Shown one piece after another: positions 16,728 through 26,168 of a DNA stretch of 64,000 bases. Position numbers and translations under genes: made by a program. Location of the stretch: positions 31,205 to 95,204 of the forward strand of contig CBDFGE010000006.1 of NCBI GenBank assembly GCA_965247055.1. The letters are read 5' to 3'. Within the stretch, counting starts at the first letter, position 1. The number at the start of each line of letters is the position of its first letter. Under the pieces are notes generated by a model. It worked only from the letters and a program-made list of their open reading frames with translations. It did not search any database and was not told the DNA's origin. This stretch comes from Dehalococcoidia bacterium (GTDB lineage: Bacteria; Chloroflexota; Dehalococcoidia; Lucifugimonadales; JAGWBF01).

Positions 16728-18050
16728 ATGGCTCAACCCCTGGTAGCCATCGTCGGCCGGCCCAACGTGGGCAAGTCCACCCTCTTCAACCGCATCACCG
16801 GCCAGAGGCAGGCCATCGTCACCGATCTACCCGGCACCACCCGGGACCGTCTCCTGGCCGAGGTGTCCTGGGAGGGGCGACGGTTTACCCTGGTGGACAC
16901 CGGCGGACTGGAACCCAGGCCCCAGGACCCCATGTTCGAGAAGGTCAAGGCCCAGGTGGAGGCCGCGGTCTCCGAGGCCGACCTGATCATCTTCATGACG
17001 GACGCCGGCGATGGCCTTACTCCTGCGGATGAGGAGGTCGCTGCCTGGCTGAGGCGTACCAGCAAACCCCTTGTGGTCGCGGTAAACAAGGTGGACAACC
17101 AGATGCGGGAGGCCTCCGCCAGCGAGTTCTACCAGCTGGGCCTCGCGGACCCCCTCCTGGTGAGCGCGTACCACAACCTGGGCATCTATGACCTCATGGA
17201 GAGGGTGCTGTCCCTCCTCCCGGCTCCTCATGACGAGGAAGAGCCGGCTCCGGATGAGGCGATCAGGTTGGCCATCGTTGGCAGGACCAACGTAGGCAAG
17301 TCGATGCTCCTCAACGCCATCCTTGGGGAGGAACGGGCCATCGTGAGCGAGATTCCCGGCACCACCCGGGACGCCCTGGACACCCGCTTCATCTTTGGGG
17401 ACCAGCCGGTGGTCGTGATAGATACCGCGGGTATACGGCGCCGGGGCAGAGTGGAGAAGGGCATCGAGTATTTCAGCGTGCTCCGGGCCGTCCGGGCCGT
17501 CCAGCGGTGCGACGTCGTCCTTCTGGTGATGGACGCCACCGAGCTGGCCACCGCCCAGGACGCCCACATATCGGCTTACGCCTGGGACGGCTACAAGGGG
17601 CTGATTGGGGTGATAAACAAGTGGGACCTGGCATCCCAGGGAGAGGGTATGGAGCGCGAGGAGGCCGTGCACACGGTCAGGAAGCGGCTCCACTTCATGC
17701 CCTACGTGCCCCTAAGCTTTACGTCGGCGCTGCTGGGGGAGGGCATCGGGGAGCTGATGGCCCTGGCGATCCAGATATACAAGGAGCGGATGACCCGCAT
17801 TCCCACAGGACAGCTACAGAGGGCCCTGAGGGAGGCCCTGGTAGATCACCTCCCTCCCCGCGTCAAGGGCAAGAGGCCCAAGATCGACGAAGTGAGGCAG
17901 GTCGACGTAAATCCGCCGACCCTTGTCTTCGCCGTGAGGGACCCGAAACTGATACACTTTTCCTACGAGCGCTACCTGCAAAACCGGTTCAGGTCCAGCT
18001 TTGGCTTTACCCACACGCACCTGAGGATCATTTTCCGGGAGAAGATCTGA
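16728..18050 (+). CDS. der: ribosome biogenesis GTPase Der (EngA)
   Basis: Two tandem GTPase domains (GRPNVGKSTLFN and GRTNVGKSMLLN) plus a KH-like C-terminus. The start was taken at MAQPLVAIVG; an alternative GTG lies at 16719. Confidence 0.92.
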   Translation: MAQPLVAIVGRPNVGKSTLFNRITGQRQAIVTDLPGTTRDRLLAEVSWEGRRFTLVDTGGLEPRPQDPMFEKVKAQVEAAVSEADLIIFMTDAGDGLTPADEEVAAWLRRTSKPLVVAVNKVDNQMREASASEFYQLGLADPLLVSAYHNLGIYDLMERVLSLLPAPHDEEEPAPDEAIRLAIVGRTNVGKSMLLNAILGEERAIVSEIPGTTRDALDTRFIFGDQPVVVIDTAGIRRRGRVEKGIEYFSVLRAVRAVQRCDVVLLVMDATELATAQDAHISAYAWDGYKGLIGVINKWDLASQGEGMEREEAVHTVRKRLHFMPYVPLSFTSALLGEGIGELMALAIQIYKERMTRIPTGQLQRALREALVDHLPPRVKGKRPKIDEVRQVDVNPPTLVFAVRDPKLIHFSYERYLQNRFRSSFGFTHTHLRIIFREKI

Positions 18051-18054
18051 GGGT

Positions 18055-18792
18055 ATGGTCGCCATCATATTGAGCCTCTTCGTGCTGCCCATCCTGGCTA
18101 TATACGTGACGGTGATTCTTGTTGTGCTGGACATGGACCGCACCTACGGCCAGTACGCCCTCATCCTTCCCGTCGCCTACGTGCTGGGCTCCATACCATG
18201 GGGTGTCCTTATAGCCCAGGGGCTAAAGGGCGTAGACATACGAGAGTACGGGAGCGGGAAGACCGGCACCTCTAACGTGCTCAGGACAGCCGGGGGTCCC
18301 TACGCGGCCCTTGCGTTGGCCTTGGACCTGAGCAAGGGTCTGACGGCGGTATTCCTGGCCAGCGTGGTCGCCGACAGCGCCAGCGCCGAGGCGGCTACGG
18401 GACTTGCAGCCCTGATAGGGCACAACTGGTCGATTTTCTTGAGCTTCAAAGGGGGAAGGGGGATAGCCACGGGACTGGGCGGGCTGCTGGTCATGGAACC
18501 ACTGGCCGGCGCTATAGCGTTGGCCGGCTTCATCCCGGTTACCCTCCTTACCCGGTACCTGTCCCTGGGGTCCATCGTAGCGGTCTTGCTGGCCTTTCTC
18601 TCGGTGTTAGCGATGGTCCTCCTGGACCGCTCTCCCACGGTCTACCTCTCCTACACGGGGATAGGCGGCGCCATCATTATCTGGCAGCACAGGGACAACA
18701 TCCGGCGCCTTCTCCACGGGGATGAGCGCAGACTTGGGCAACGGGCCAAGAGGATCGGCAAAGCCTCCACGCCCGGTGTAGGCCCAGGCTGA
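18055..18792 (+). CDS. plsY: glycerol-3-phosphate acyltransferase PlsY
   Basis: YVLGSIPWGVLI...REYGSGKTGTSNVLR...DLSKG...GHNWSIFLSFKGGRGIAT. This is the conserved der-plsY-gpsA order. Confidence 0.9.
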   Translation: MVAIILSLFVLPILAIYVTVILVVLDMDRTYGQYALILPVAYVLGSIPWGVLIAQGLKGVDIREYGSGKTGTSNVLRTAGGPYAALALALDLSKGLTAVFLASVVADSASAEAATGLAALIGHNWSIFLSFKGGRGIATGLGGLLVMEPLAGAIALAGFIPVTLLTRYLSLGSIVAVLLAFLSVLAMVLLDRSPTVYLSYTGIGGAIIIWQHRDNIRRLLHGDERRLGQRAKRIGKASTPGVGPG

Positions 18793-18795
18793 CCG

Positions 18796-19803
18796 TTGGA
18801 CAAGGTCACCGTCATAGGGACTACCACGTGGGGCACCGTCCTGGGCATCATCCTCGCCCGAAGGGACATCCCCGTCTCCCTCCTGGCGCGGACACCGGAG
18901 GAGTCCCGAGAGCTGGAGTCTAGGAGGGAGAACACCCGGTTCCTTCCCGGGGTACTCTTCCCCGAGCGCCTGAAGGTGACCCACGACCCCCAGAAGGCCC
19001 TGGGGGGTACCGGAATGGTCATCCTGGCCATCCCTTCGGGCAGCTTCAGGGATAACCTGCGCCGGATAAGGGGGGCCATCGAGGGAGAGCCCATACTGCT
19101 GAGCGCGTCCAAGGGGCTGGAGATGGCCACGGGCCTTCGCATGAGCCAGGTCCTGGACGAGGAGATTCCCCCTACGCTCCGGCCCCGGATATGCGTGCTT
19201 TCGGGGCCGAATCTCGCCCTGGAGATCGTCGAGGGGAAGCCCGCGTCCACGGTTGTGGCCGCGGGCCAGGCCCGGGTGGCTGAGCAGGCACGGAGAGTGC
19301 TGATGTCTCCCACCTTCCGGGTGTACACCAACGACGATACCGTCGGCGTGGAGCTGGGCGGGGCGTTGAAGAACATCATCGCCCTGGGCGCGGGCATATG
19401 CCAGGGCTTGGGTTACGGTGACAATGGTAAGGCGGCCTTCATGACCCGCGGCCTGGCGGAGATCACCCGGCTTGGGGTGGCCGCGGGGGCCAGCCCCGCA
19501 ACCTTCGCCGGCCTGGCCGGGCTGGGTGACCTGGTGGCGACCTGTGCCAGCCGCCTCAGCCGCAACCACTACGTGGGAGAGCAGCTGGCCGCTGGCCGGT
19601 CCCTTGAGGAGGTGCTGGCCTCAATGAAGAACGTGGCCGAAGGGGTGTACACGACGGTGGCAGCCCTGAAGATGGCCGACGAACTTGGGGTACAGATGCC
19701 CATAACCAGGGCTACCTACCAGATACTCTTCGAGCGCCTCGACCCCAGGAAGGCCGTCGCGAGCCTGATGGAGAGGCCTCCCAGGGCCGAGGGGGAGGGT
19801 TAG
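18796..19803 (+). CDS. gpsA: NAD(P)H-dependent glycerol-3-phosphate dehydrogenase
   Basis: GTTTWGT Rossmann motif, SASKGLE, LSGPNLALEI and GALKNIIALGAGI motifs. TTG start. Confidence 0.92.
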   Translation: MDKVTVIGTTTWGTVLGIILARRDIPVSLLARTPEESRELESRRENTRFLPGVLFPERLKVTHDPQKALGGTGMVILAIPSGSFRDNLRRIRGAIEGEPILLSASKGLEMATGLRMSQVLDEEIPPTLRPRICVLSGPNLALEIVEGKPASTVVAAGQARVAEQARRVLMSPTFRVYTNDDTVGVELGGALKNIIALGAGICQGLGYGDNGKAAFMTRGLAEITRLGVAAGASPATFAGLAGLGDLVATCASRLSRNHYVGEQLAAGRSLEEVLASMKNVAEGVYTTVAALKMADELGVQMPITRATYQILFERLDPRKAVASLMERPPRAEGEG

Positions 19804-19851
19804 GACTGAGGCCGCCGACGCCCGGGTAACGATGCTCCCTCCGAAACGACG

Positions 19852-20592
19852 TCACATCGAGAGATCCCCCACCTCGTAAAGCACCGCCGCCACGGTCGCT
19901 ATGGCCGCCGTCTCCGACCGCAGGATACGCCTTCCCAGGCTCACTGGGACCACGCCATGGGAGCGGCCAAGCTCCACCTCCCCCTCCTGGAAGCCCCCTT
20001 CCGGGCCGATGAACACGCGTACCCGGGACGTGTCCCTGTCCATTAGCACCGAGCGCAGTCCGGTGGCCCTCTCATTCTCCCATGGGATGATGGAGAGACC
20101 GGAGCCCTCCGTCCCGCGGCAGGCCTCTTCGAAGGGTACTGGCTCGCCCAGGGTGGGCAGCAGGCTGCGGCCCGACTGCTCCGCCGCCTCGGCGATGATC
20201 TTGCGCCAGCGAGGGTACCGGCTTTCGCTCCGGCCATCCCGCTGCCGCGGCACCGACCGCTTGCAGACGATGGGCACGAAGTTGGCCACCCCCAGCTCGG
20301 TCCCTTTCTGAAGCACCCACTGGAACTTGTCCCCCTTCAGGATACCCTGGTAAAGGGTGATCTGTATGAAGGGTTCGCCACGCCCCGCCACTGCGGACAG
20401 CACCTCCGCCTCTACCGTATTTATGGCGCACCGGCTAAGCCGGGAAAGGTACTCCATGCCCGTGTTGTCCAGAAGGGTTATCTCGTCTCCCGGGGACATG
20501 CGGAGGACCCGGCTGATCTGACGGGCCACCTCACCAGTAAGGCGGGCGTGGCCCTCGGTTATCCAGGAAGGGGGCACGAAGAACCTGTTCAT
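19852..20592 (-). CDS. rsmE: 16S rRNA (uracil1498-N3)-methyltransferase
   Basis: MNRFFVP...L.GEVA.QI..VLRM..GDEI.L.D..G; C-terminal SPOUT motif IGPEGGF...E...LG.RILR.ETAA. Confidence 0.9.
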   Translation of the reverse strand: MNRFFVPPSWITEGHARLTGEVARQISRVLRMSPGDEITLLDNTGMEYLSRLSRCAINTVEAEVLSAVAGRGEPFIQITLYQGILKGDKFQWVLQKGTELGVANFVPIVCKRSVPRQRDGRSESRYPRWRKIIAEAAEQSGRSLLPTLGEPVPFEEACRGTEGSGLSIIPWENERATGLRSVLMDRDTSRVRVFIGPEGGFQEGEVELGRSHGVVPVSLGRRILRSETAAIATVAAVLYEVGDLSM

Positions 20593-20600
20593 GGACGGTA

Positions 20601-21461
20601 CTACGGGTCCCTGGAGACGACCTGGGCTACCCAGTCATCCGTGCCGCAGGTCTCCAGGTGGCGGAACCCGGCACCCTTCAGGGCGACCTCGAGTTCGCCT
20701 TGCTGTTTCTGCAGGAACCCGGAGGCTATGAGAATACCCTCCGGCGCCAGAGCCCTGTGCAGATGGGGTGCCGCGTTCAGGACTGTTTTGGCGCTTATGT
20801 TGGCCATGGCTAGGTTGAATCGCCCCTCCGAGGCCAGCGGGTGTGGCAGCGTGCCCCTGGCCAGATGTACTTTGCCCCTCAGGCCGCTGGCCCGGATATT
20901 CTTCCTTGCGGCCTTGACGGCCGTGGGGTCCACGTCCAGGGCCAGGACGGTTGCGGCCCCCAGCCGGGCGGCCGCTATGGACAGGATCCCGGAGCCCGTG
21001 CCCAGGTCCAGCACCTGGGAGTCGGCCCGCAAATGCCCTTCCAACAGCTCCAGACACATCCTCGTGGTGGGGTGATAGCCCGTGCCGAAGGCCATGCCGG
21101 GGTCCAGCTCAACCACCACTTCATTCTCTTGGGGCTCGTACCCTATCCATGAGGGCTTTATTATCAGCCTCCGCCCGACTCTGAGCAGCTTGAAGTGGGA
21201 CTTCCAGGCGGTCTCCCAGTCGGCGTCCTCTAGCGGAATAACCGACAGTTCCCCCATGGGTTGAAGGAGCTTCACGAGCTTTACCCCCACCTCGATACGG
21301 GCGAGCCTGCGCCTCGAGGAGCTGGGGAGATAAGTCCGGAGGCCTACCATCCCGCTTCCCAGCTCCTCCGTGGAGAGCCCGTGCCCGTACCTGCTAAAGA
21401 GGTAGGAGACGGGTTCCGCGTACTCCGACGGGACCTCGATGCTGAGCTCTTGCCAGACCAC
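20601..21461 (-). CDS. prmA: ribosomal protein L11 methyltransferase
   Basis: ...IKPSW...IELDPGMAFGTGYHPTTRMCLELL...VLDLGTGSGILSIAAARLGA. Confidence 0.9.
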   Translation of the reverse strand: MVWQELSIEVPSEYAEPVSYLFSRYGHGLSTEELGSGMVGLRTYLPSSSRRRLARIEVGVKLVKLLQPMGELSVIPLEDADWETAWKSHFKLLRVGRRLIIKPSWIGYEPQENEVVVELDPGMAFGTGYHPTTRMCLELLEGHLRADSQVLDLGTGSGILSIAAARLGAATVLALDVDPTAVKAARKNIRASGLRGKVHLARGTLPHPLASEGRFNLAMANISAKTVLNAAPHLHRALAPEGILIASGFLQKQQGELEVALKGAGFRHLETCGTDDWVAQVVSRDP

Positions 21462-21557
21462 GTCCTCCTCGCAAAAAGCCCCGGCCCTTTTATCCTGACG
21501 TGAGCCAGTGGGTCGGGGTGCGCCCGGGGCGTCCCGGGGCTCTGTGCTCCAGTGGGC

Positions 21558-22682
21558 CTAGCTAAAGGCGTCTTTAATCTTGTCGAAGAGCCCCTTGTCC
21601 TTGGCACCGGACTCGCTGGGCTTCTCCATAATACTGCCCAGCTCCTCCAACAGCTTCTCCTGGCGGGAGTCGAGGGAGGTCGGCACTTCGAGCTTTATGG
21701 GGATTAGCAGGTCGCCGCGGCGGTGTGCATTGAGATGGGGTACACCTTTACCCTTGATGCGAAACACCGATCCCGGCTGGGTCCCTGGGGGTATCCTAAG
21801 GGTCTCGTTGCCGTTCAGCGTAGGTACCTGCAGCTCATCCCCCAGAGCCGCCTGGACGAAGTTGATGGGAAGCACGTACACAAGGTCGTCTCCGTCACGG
21901 CCGAACAACTCGTGCTCCTTGACCGTTATGTGGATGTAAAGATTCCCGGGAGGGCCACCGTTTGTGCCCACCTCACCTTCACCAGAGAGGCGCACCTGCA
22001 TCCCGTCCTCTACCCCCGGGGGTATCTTCACGGCGATCTTCCTGTTGCGCCTCTCTGTACCGACGCCATGGCAGATGGTGCAGGGCGTGGTTATGACGGT
22101 GCCCTTGCCCCGGCAGGTGGGGCAGCGAGTTACCTGGGAAAACTGGCCGAACACGCTCCTCTGGGACCGCCGCACCTGTCCCATCCCACGGCAGGTGGAG
22201 CACGTGTCCGGCTTGGTGCCGGCCTTGCTGCCCGAGCCGACGCACTCATGGCACCGCTCCTGCCGGGCGACTTCTACTTGGCGCTCGACGCCAAAGACGG
22301 CCTCTTCAAAGGGGAGGGAAACCCCGTATTGGATGTCGCCGCCCCGCTGGGCCCCACGGTGCCGACCTCTTCCCGTGACGTCTCCGAAGAAGGAGTCGAA
22401 GATGTCGCCGAAGCCTCCGAATACGTCGACCCCCTCGAAGTCCCTCCCACCGGACCCAGCGACCACACCAGCGTGGCCGAAGCGGTCGTACTGAGCCCGC
22501 TTTTGAGAGTCTATGAGTACCTGGTATGCCTCATTGACCTCCTTGAACTTCTCTTCGGCGTCGGGGTTCTTGTTCCTGTCAGGGTGGTACTCCATCGCCT
22601 TCTTGCGGAAGGCTTTTCGTATCGCCTCCTCAGAGGTACCCTTGGAGACGCCCAGCACTTCGTAGTAGTCCCGCTTAGCCAT
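21558..22682 (-). CDS. dnaJ: molecular chaperone DnaJ
   Basis: J domain ([15 protein letters not shown]...HPDRN), G/F-rich region, and four CxxCxGxG zinc-finger repeats. The ORF-track 37-aa N-terminal extension is rejected. Confidence 0.93.
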   Translation of the reverse strand: MAKRDYYEVLGVSKGTSEEAIRKAFRKKAMEYHPDRNKNPDAEEKFKEVNEAYQVLIDSQKRAQYDRFGHAGVVAGSGGRDFEGVDVFGGFGDIFDSFFGDVTGRGRHRGAQRGGDIQYGVSLPFEEAVFGVERQVEVARQERCHECVGSGSKAGTKPDTCSTCRGMGQVRRSQRSVFGQFSQVTRCPTCRGKGTVITTPCTICHGVGTERRNRKIAVKIPPGVEDGMQVRLSGEGEVGTNGGPPGNLYIHITVKEHELFGRDGDDLVYVLPINFVQAALGDELQVPTLNGNETLRIPPGTQPGSVFRIKGKGVPHLNAHRRGDLLIPIKLEVPTSLDSRQEKLLEELGSIMEKPSESGAKDKGLFDKIKDAFS

Positions 22683-22813
22683 ACGTTTCAACCCGGCCCA
22701 CTGTACTCCGTTGGTATGACGATTTCGCCAGCGCAGATCCTTGAAGCCATCGACCGCCTCCGGCCGAGCTCGTACCGGAAGCCGGTGTCCCACATCTCGA
22801 GGCGTGGCCTAGG

Positions 22814-23836
22814 CTAGGACCTGCCGTGCACTCCCATAACCAGTTCGCTCATAAAGGAAGAGAGGAACCTTATGCCGCCGATGGCATTCCCATACTCCAT
22901 GCGGGTGGGGCCGATCACTCCGATAGTCCCCGACGCCTCGTCGGGGATACCGTAGCGGCCCAGGACCACGCTGAAAGGCCTAAGGGCCTCCTCCTGGTTT
23001 TCTTCGCCAATAAAGATTGCCATGCCCTGCTGGCGGGTTGCTTCCGAGAGGATACTCTTCAGCAACACCCTGTCCTCAAGGATCTGCACGACTTCCTTGG
23101 CCCTTCGGGTCTCGACGAACTCAGGCTGGCTCAGGAGCAACCGCAGCCCGTCCACGCAGTGGTCCAGCTCCGCCTCGGCCTCGATCTCCTTGAGCATGGA
23201 GATGGTGTCGGACATCACCATCTCTTCCAGGGGGACCAGCTCCATCTGTTTTGTCTCGATCTCCCCGTAGCTGAGCCCTGCCAGCTGGTCGTTAAGCTTG
23301 TTGGCCACCTGGGTTAGCTCACTCTGGCTGGTGTGCTCTTCGAGGGGCAACAGGTGCTGCCTTAGCCTGGCCTCCTGAAGCACGACGATGAGCAGGGCTA
23401 GGAACTCTTGAATGTAGACCAACTGAACGTACTTGAGCCGGGACGAGGCGGCCCGAGGGAAGGTGACGATGGCTAGGTTGTCCACCATCCCGGAGAGCGC
23501 CGTCGCCGTGAGCTGTACCCAGACCTCCATGTCCATCTGGGCCTGCTTAAACTGCTCTTTTACCCGCAGCCTCTGCTCCAGCGGCAGCTCCAGCGACTCG
23601 TCCAGAGATTCCACGTAGAACCTGTAGCCCTTGTCGGAGGGTATGCCCCCTGCGGAGACGTGGGGACGTATGATGTACCCCTCTTCCTCCAGCCCCGCCA
23701 TCTCGCTCCTCACGGTGGCGGCGCTAACCTTTTTCGGCCACCGGCGGGCAATGTCGTCCGACGCCACTGGGGTGGCGATCTTGATGTACTCGTCGACTAG
23801 GAGCTTGAGGACCGCACCCGTCCTTGGCTTAAACAT
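22814..23836 (-). CDS. hrcA: heat-inducible transcriptional repressor HrcA
   Basis: N-terminal wHTH (RTGAVLKLLVDEYIKIATPVASDDIA...SAATVRSEMAGLEEEGYI.RPHVSAGGIPSDKGYRFYV). A CIRCE operator lies upstream. Confidence 0.9.
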   Translation of the reverse strand: MFKPRTGAVLKLLVDEYIKIATPVASDDIARRWPKKVSAATVRSEMAGLEEEGYIIRPHVSAGGIPSDKGYRFYVESLDESLELPLEQRLRVKEQFKQAQMDMEVWVQLTATALSGMVDNLAIVTFPRAASSRLKYVQLVYIQEFLALLIVVLQEARLRQHLLPLEEHTSQSELTQVANKLNDQLAGLSYGEIETKQMELVPLEEMVMSDTISMLKEIEAEAELDHCVDGLRLLLSQPEFVETRRAKEVVQILEDRVLLKSILSEATRQQGMAIFIGEENQEEALRPFSVVLGRYGIPDEASGTIGVIGPTRMEYGNAIGGIRFLSSFMSELVMGVHGRS

Positions 23837-23854
23837 CTCACCATCGACACATAT

Positions 23855-23881
23855 TTAGCACCCGGCTCCCCGGAGTGCCAG
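23855..23881. promoter_or_regulatory. CIRCE-like HrcA operator
   Basis: TTAGCACCC-N9-GAGTGCCAG compared with the consensus TTAGCACTC-N9-GAGTGCTAA (8/9 and 7/9 matches). It sits between the hrcA promoter and the hrcA start. Confidence 0.65.
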
Positions 23882-23892
23882 GATTCCCACGA

Positions 23893-23921
23893 AATTTAAC
23901 ATGGGGCCCCGTGCCTGTCAA
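23893..23921 (-). promoter_or_regulatory. sigma70-like promoter of hrcA
   Basis: On the minus strand: TTGACA (23921-23916), a 17-nt spacer, then TAAATT (23898-23893). CIRCE follows immediately downstream of the predicted TSS. Confidence 0.5.
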
Positions 23922-23924
23922 GCG

Positions 23925-23953
23925 TTGACTGAGGCCTCACTTAATATTATACT
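23925..23953 (+). promoter_or_regulatory. sigma70-like promoter of bioY
   Basis: TTGACT (23925-23930), a 17-nt spacer, then TATACT (23948-23953). It lies back-to-back with the hrcA -35 hexamer, 3 bp apart. Confidence 0.5.
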
Positions 23954-23993
23954 CTCCCAGGGTCATATCACCTAGCCACGAGGAGGACCGAAT

Positions 23994-24710
23994 TTGGCGA
24001 CACTCTCCGGTTCCGGCACTCTGGCCGAGGCGTTTTTTCCCATTCCGCGGGCGGGCAGACTGGAGCACAGGTTAGCACGGGAAGCAATACTGGTCTTGGG
24101 GTTCGCCGGCTTCGTTGCCATCTGCGCCCAGATCGTCGTGCGGCTGCCGTGGACCACCGTGCCCATCACCGGCCAGACCTTCGCCGTGCTGGTCACGGGC
24201 GGAGCGCTGGGCGCGTGGCGCGGGGCCGGCGCCCTTAGTGTGTACATGCTCATGGGTATGATTGGAATCCCTGCATTCGCACCGGAAAACAGCGCTACCG
24301 TGGGAACCTGGGACGTCCATTTTATCTTCCCCTGGAGTGGCAGCGACGCCCTGCCGTGGGATATCTCCAGCGGCGGCTACATCGTGGGCTTCATCTTCGC
24401 CGCGGCACTGGTGGGGTTCCTGGCGGAGCGGCAGTGGGACCGGAGGCCCTGGGTACACCTGGGGCTGTTCATGGGCAACGTAGTCCTGTACATACCAGGC
24501 ATCCTGTGGCTCGCCTATCTCATAGCCACCGACTGGGTCCACCCCGCGGCGGGGAAGCCCCTGGGAGAGCTCATCGCCGGGTCCGGCACCTGGGACAAGG
24601 CGCTGAAGGGCGGGCTCTACCCATTTATTGTCGGAGACATGATGAAGCTGCTGCTGGCCTCGGCGGTGCTCCCCTCGGCCTGGGCAATCCTGAGCCTTCG
24701 GAGGAGATAG
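23994..24710 (+). CDS. bioY: biotin transporter BioY (ECF S-component)
   Basis: ...ICAQIVVRLPWTTVPITGQTFAVLVTGGALGAWRGAGALSVYMLMGMIGIPAFA... TTG start 6 nt after AGGAGGA. Confidence 0.85.
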   Translation: MATLSGSGTLAEAFFPIPRAGRLEHRLAREAILVLGFAGFVAICAQIVVRLPWTTVPITGQTFAVLVTGGALGAWRGAGALSVYMLMGMIGIPAFAPENSATVGTWDVHFIFPWSGSDALPWDISSGGYIVGFIFAAALVGFLAERQWDRRPWVHLGLFMGNVVLYIPGILWLAYLIATDWVHPAAGKPLGELIAGSGTWDKALKGGLYPFIVGDMMKLLLASAVLPSAWAILSLRRR

Positions 24711-24714
24711 GACT

Positions 24715-25365
24715 TTGGAGATTACCTGGCTGGGTCACTCCTGTTTCCGCCTTCGTGCCGGGGAGCTAGCTGTGGTCACTGACCCGTTCCCCGAGTCGAT
24801 CGGCCTGCGCATGGGACAGCCCCAGGCGCTGGCCGTGACGGTGAGCCAAAGGCACGCCAACCACAACCACTGGCAGGACGTCGCCGGGGACCCCAAGGTG
24901 CTCCGGGGCCCTGGCGAGTACGAGCTTTCAGGTATCTACATCACCGGGCTGATGACCTCCAGAGGAGAGGGGGACCCGGAGGACAAACGGAACACAGCCT
25001 ATCTCATCGAGATGGAGAACCTGAGGCTGTGCCATCTGGGGGACGTGAGCAGGGTCCTGTCCACCGGGCAGGTTGAGGAGCTAACGCCGGTGGACGTTCT
25101 GTTCCTGCCCGCCGGCGGCAGCTGCACCGTGGAGATTCCCGAGGCGATCCAGATGGTGCGCGAACTGTCCCCCCGGGTCGTGATACCCATGCACTACGGC
25201 CTGCCCGGCCTTTCTGTGGAGCTGGGCGGGTTGGATGCACTACTCAGGGAGATGGGCTTACGCGACGTACAGCCCCAGGCCCGCTTCAGCGTGACCGCTT
25301 CGAACCTGCCCCCGGAGATGCGAGTGGTGGTCCTAGAGCCCCTTGGCGTCATGGCCCGGGGCTAG
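24715..25365 (+). CDS. MBL-fold metal-dependent hydrolase (UPF0173-like)
   Basis: MEITWLGHSCFRL...VVTDPF..., with a later H..H and VVIPMHYG pattern typical of the family. TTG start. Confidence 0.8.
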   Translation: MEITWLGHSCFRLRAGELAVVTDPFPESIGLRMGQPQALAVTVSQRHANHNHWQDVAGDPKVLRGPGEYELSGIYITGLMTSRGEGDPEDKRNTAYLIEMENLRLCHLGDVSRVLSTGQVEELTPVDVLFLPAGGSCTVEIPEAIQMVRELSPRVVIPMHYGLPGLSVELGGLDALLREMGLRDVQPQARFSVTASNLPPEMRVVVLEPLGVMARG

Positions 25366-25961
25366 AAGGCCCTGCTAGGCCGGCGCACCAGGTACAGCAT
25401 GACCCCGCCTATGACCACGGCCGCCACACCGAACAGGAGGGCCAGCCTTGGCATATTGGATACCGACGGGTCCCCGGGTATGGGCAGTACTGGGGTTAAG
25501 GTCGGTTGGGGTGTCCGCGTGGGGGTGGGAGTGGCCGTGGGGGGCAACGGTGTAGGCACAGCCTGGTCGAAGTCCAGGTTCAGGTCGCGCTGTACGTTAA
25601 TGTCTGGAGCGTAAGTATCCGTTTGACTTGCCCTGATTCTTCCTACGCCCTCCACGACGATCCAGAAGGTGATCTCCTCATCCAGGAGAGCCTCTGGCGC
25701 CCTTATAGTTAGGCCAACGTACCTGCTATCTTCGGTGGTCAACACGGGAGCGCTCTCCCAGGCGCTACACCCTCCGACGCATCCAACGACGGACAGGCCC
25801 TCGCTGGCCGGCTGGCCCTGGATGGCCACGTTCCCTATGTATACTATCGGGAATGGGGGCAGGCCGCCCTGCCCCTGCGCCGCTCCCATGACGGCGAGCG
25901 CCGCGATAAGGCACGAGACTATCGCTGCCAGACTGAATACCCTGCGCCACATCACGAGCAC
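25362..25961 (-). CDS. hypothetical secreted protein with PT-rich linker and C-terminal membrane anchor
   Basis: Signal peptide (RRVFSLAAIVSCLIAALAVMGAAQG), a ~110-aa domain, the linker PTPLPPTATPTPTRTPQPTLTP, then PGDPS + hydrophobic helix + RRPSR. GAGGAGG RBS. Confidence 0.7.
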   Translation of the reverse strand: MLVMWRRVFSLAAIVSCLIAALAVMGAAQGQGGLPPFPIVYIGNVAIQGQPASEGLSVVGCVGGCSAWESAPVLTTEDSRYVGLTIRAPEALLDEEITFWIVVEGVGRIRASQTDTYAPDINVQRDLNLDFDQAVPTPLPPTATPTPTRTPQPTLTPVLPIPGDPSVSNMPRLALLFGVAAVVIGGVMLYLVRRPSRAF

Positions 25962-26168
25962 CCCCCTGCCCCTCCTCTGCCCCGGAGAACCGGTGTCAGG
26001 TAATTATATGTTGCATCCCTTCGATAACTGAAGGGTTTTACCGGCCTGGTTCCACGGAATTGTCCCGGCGATAGTTGCTGTGGGTATCACCGGGGCCTAT
26101 TGACCCAACAACCTCTGGGACCGCGGGCATCGCCTTCCTAAACCGGAGTGGCTGATGGAGCCGGGTTC

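Noticed and set aside
25362-25365. Convergent genes sharing a palindromic CTAG, so that both stop codons (TAG on each strand) overlap.
   Set aside because: This is real, but it is a trivial consequence of tight packing. No functional implication can be supported.
26018-26040. Hairpin CCCTTC-GATAACT-GAAGGG followed by TTTT on the plus strand, resembling an intrinsic terminator.
   Set aside because: Both flanking genes are on the minus strand, where the same element is preceded by A residues and not followed by a U-tract. The stem is only 6 bp. There is no plus-strand gene for it to terminate.
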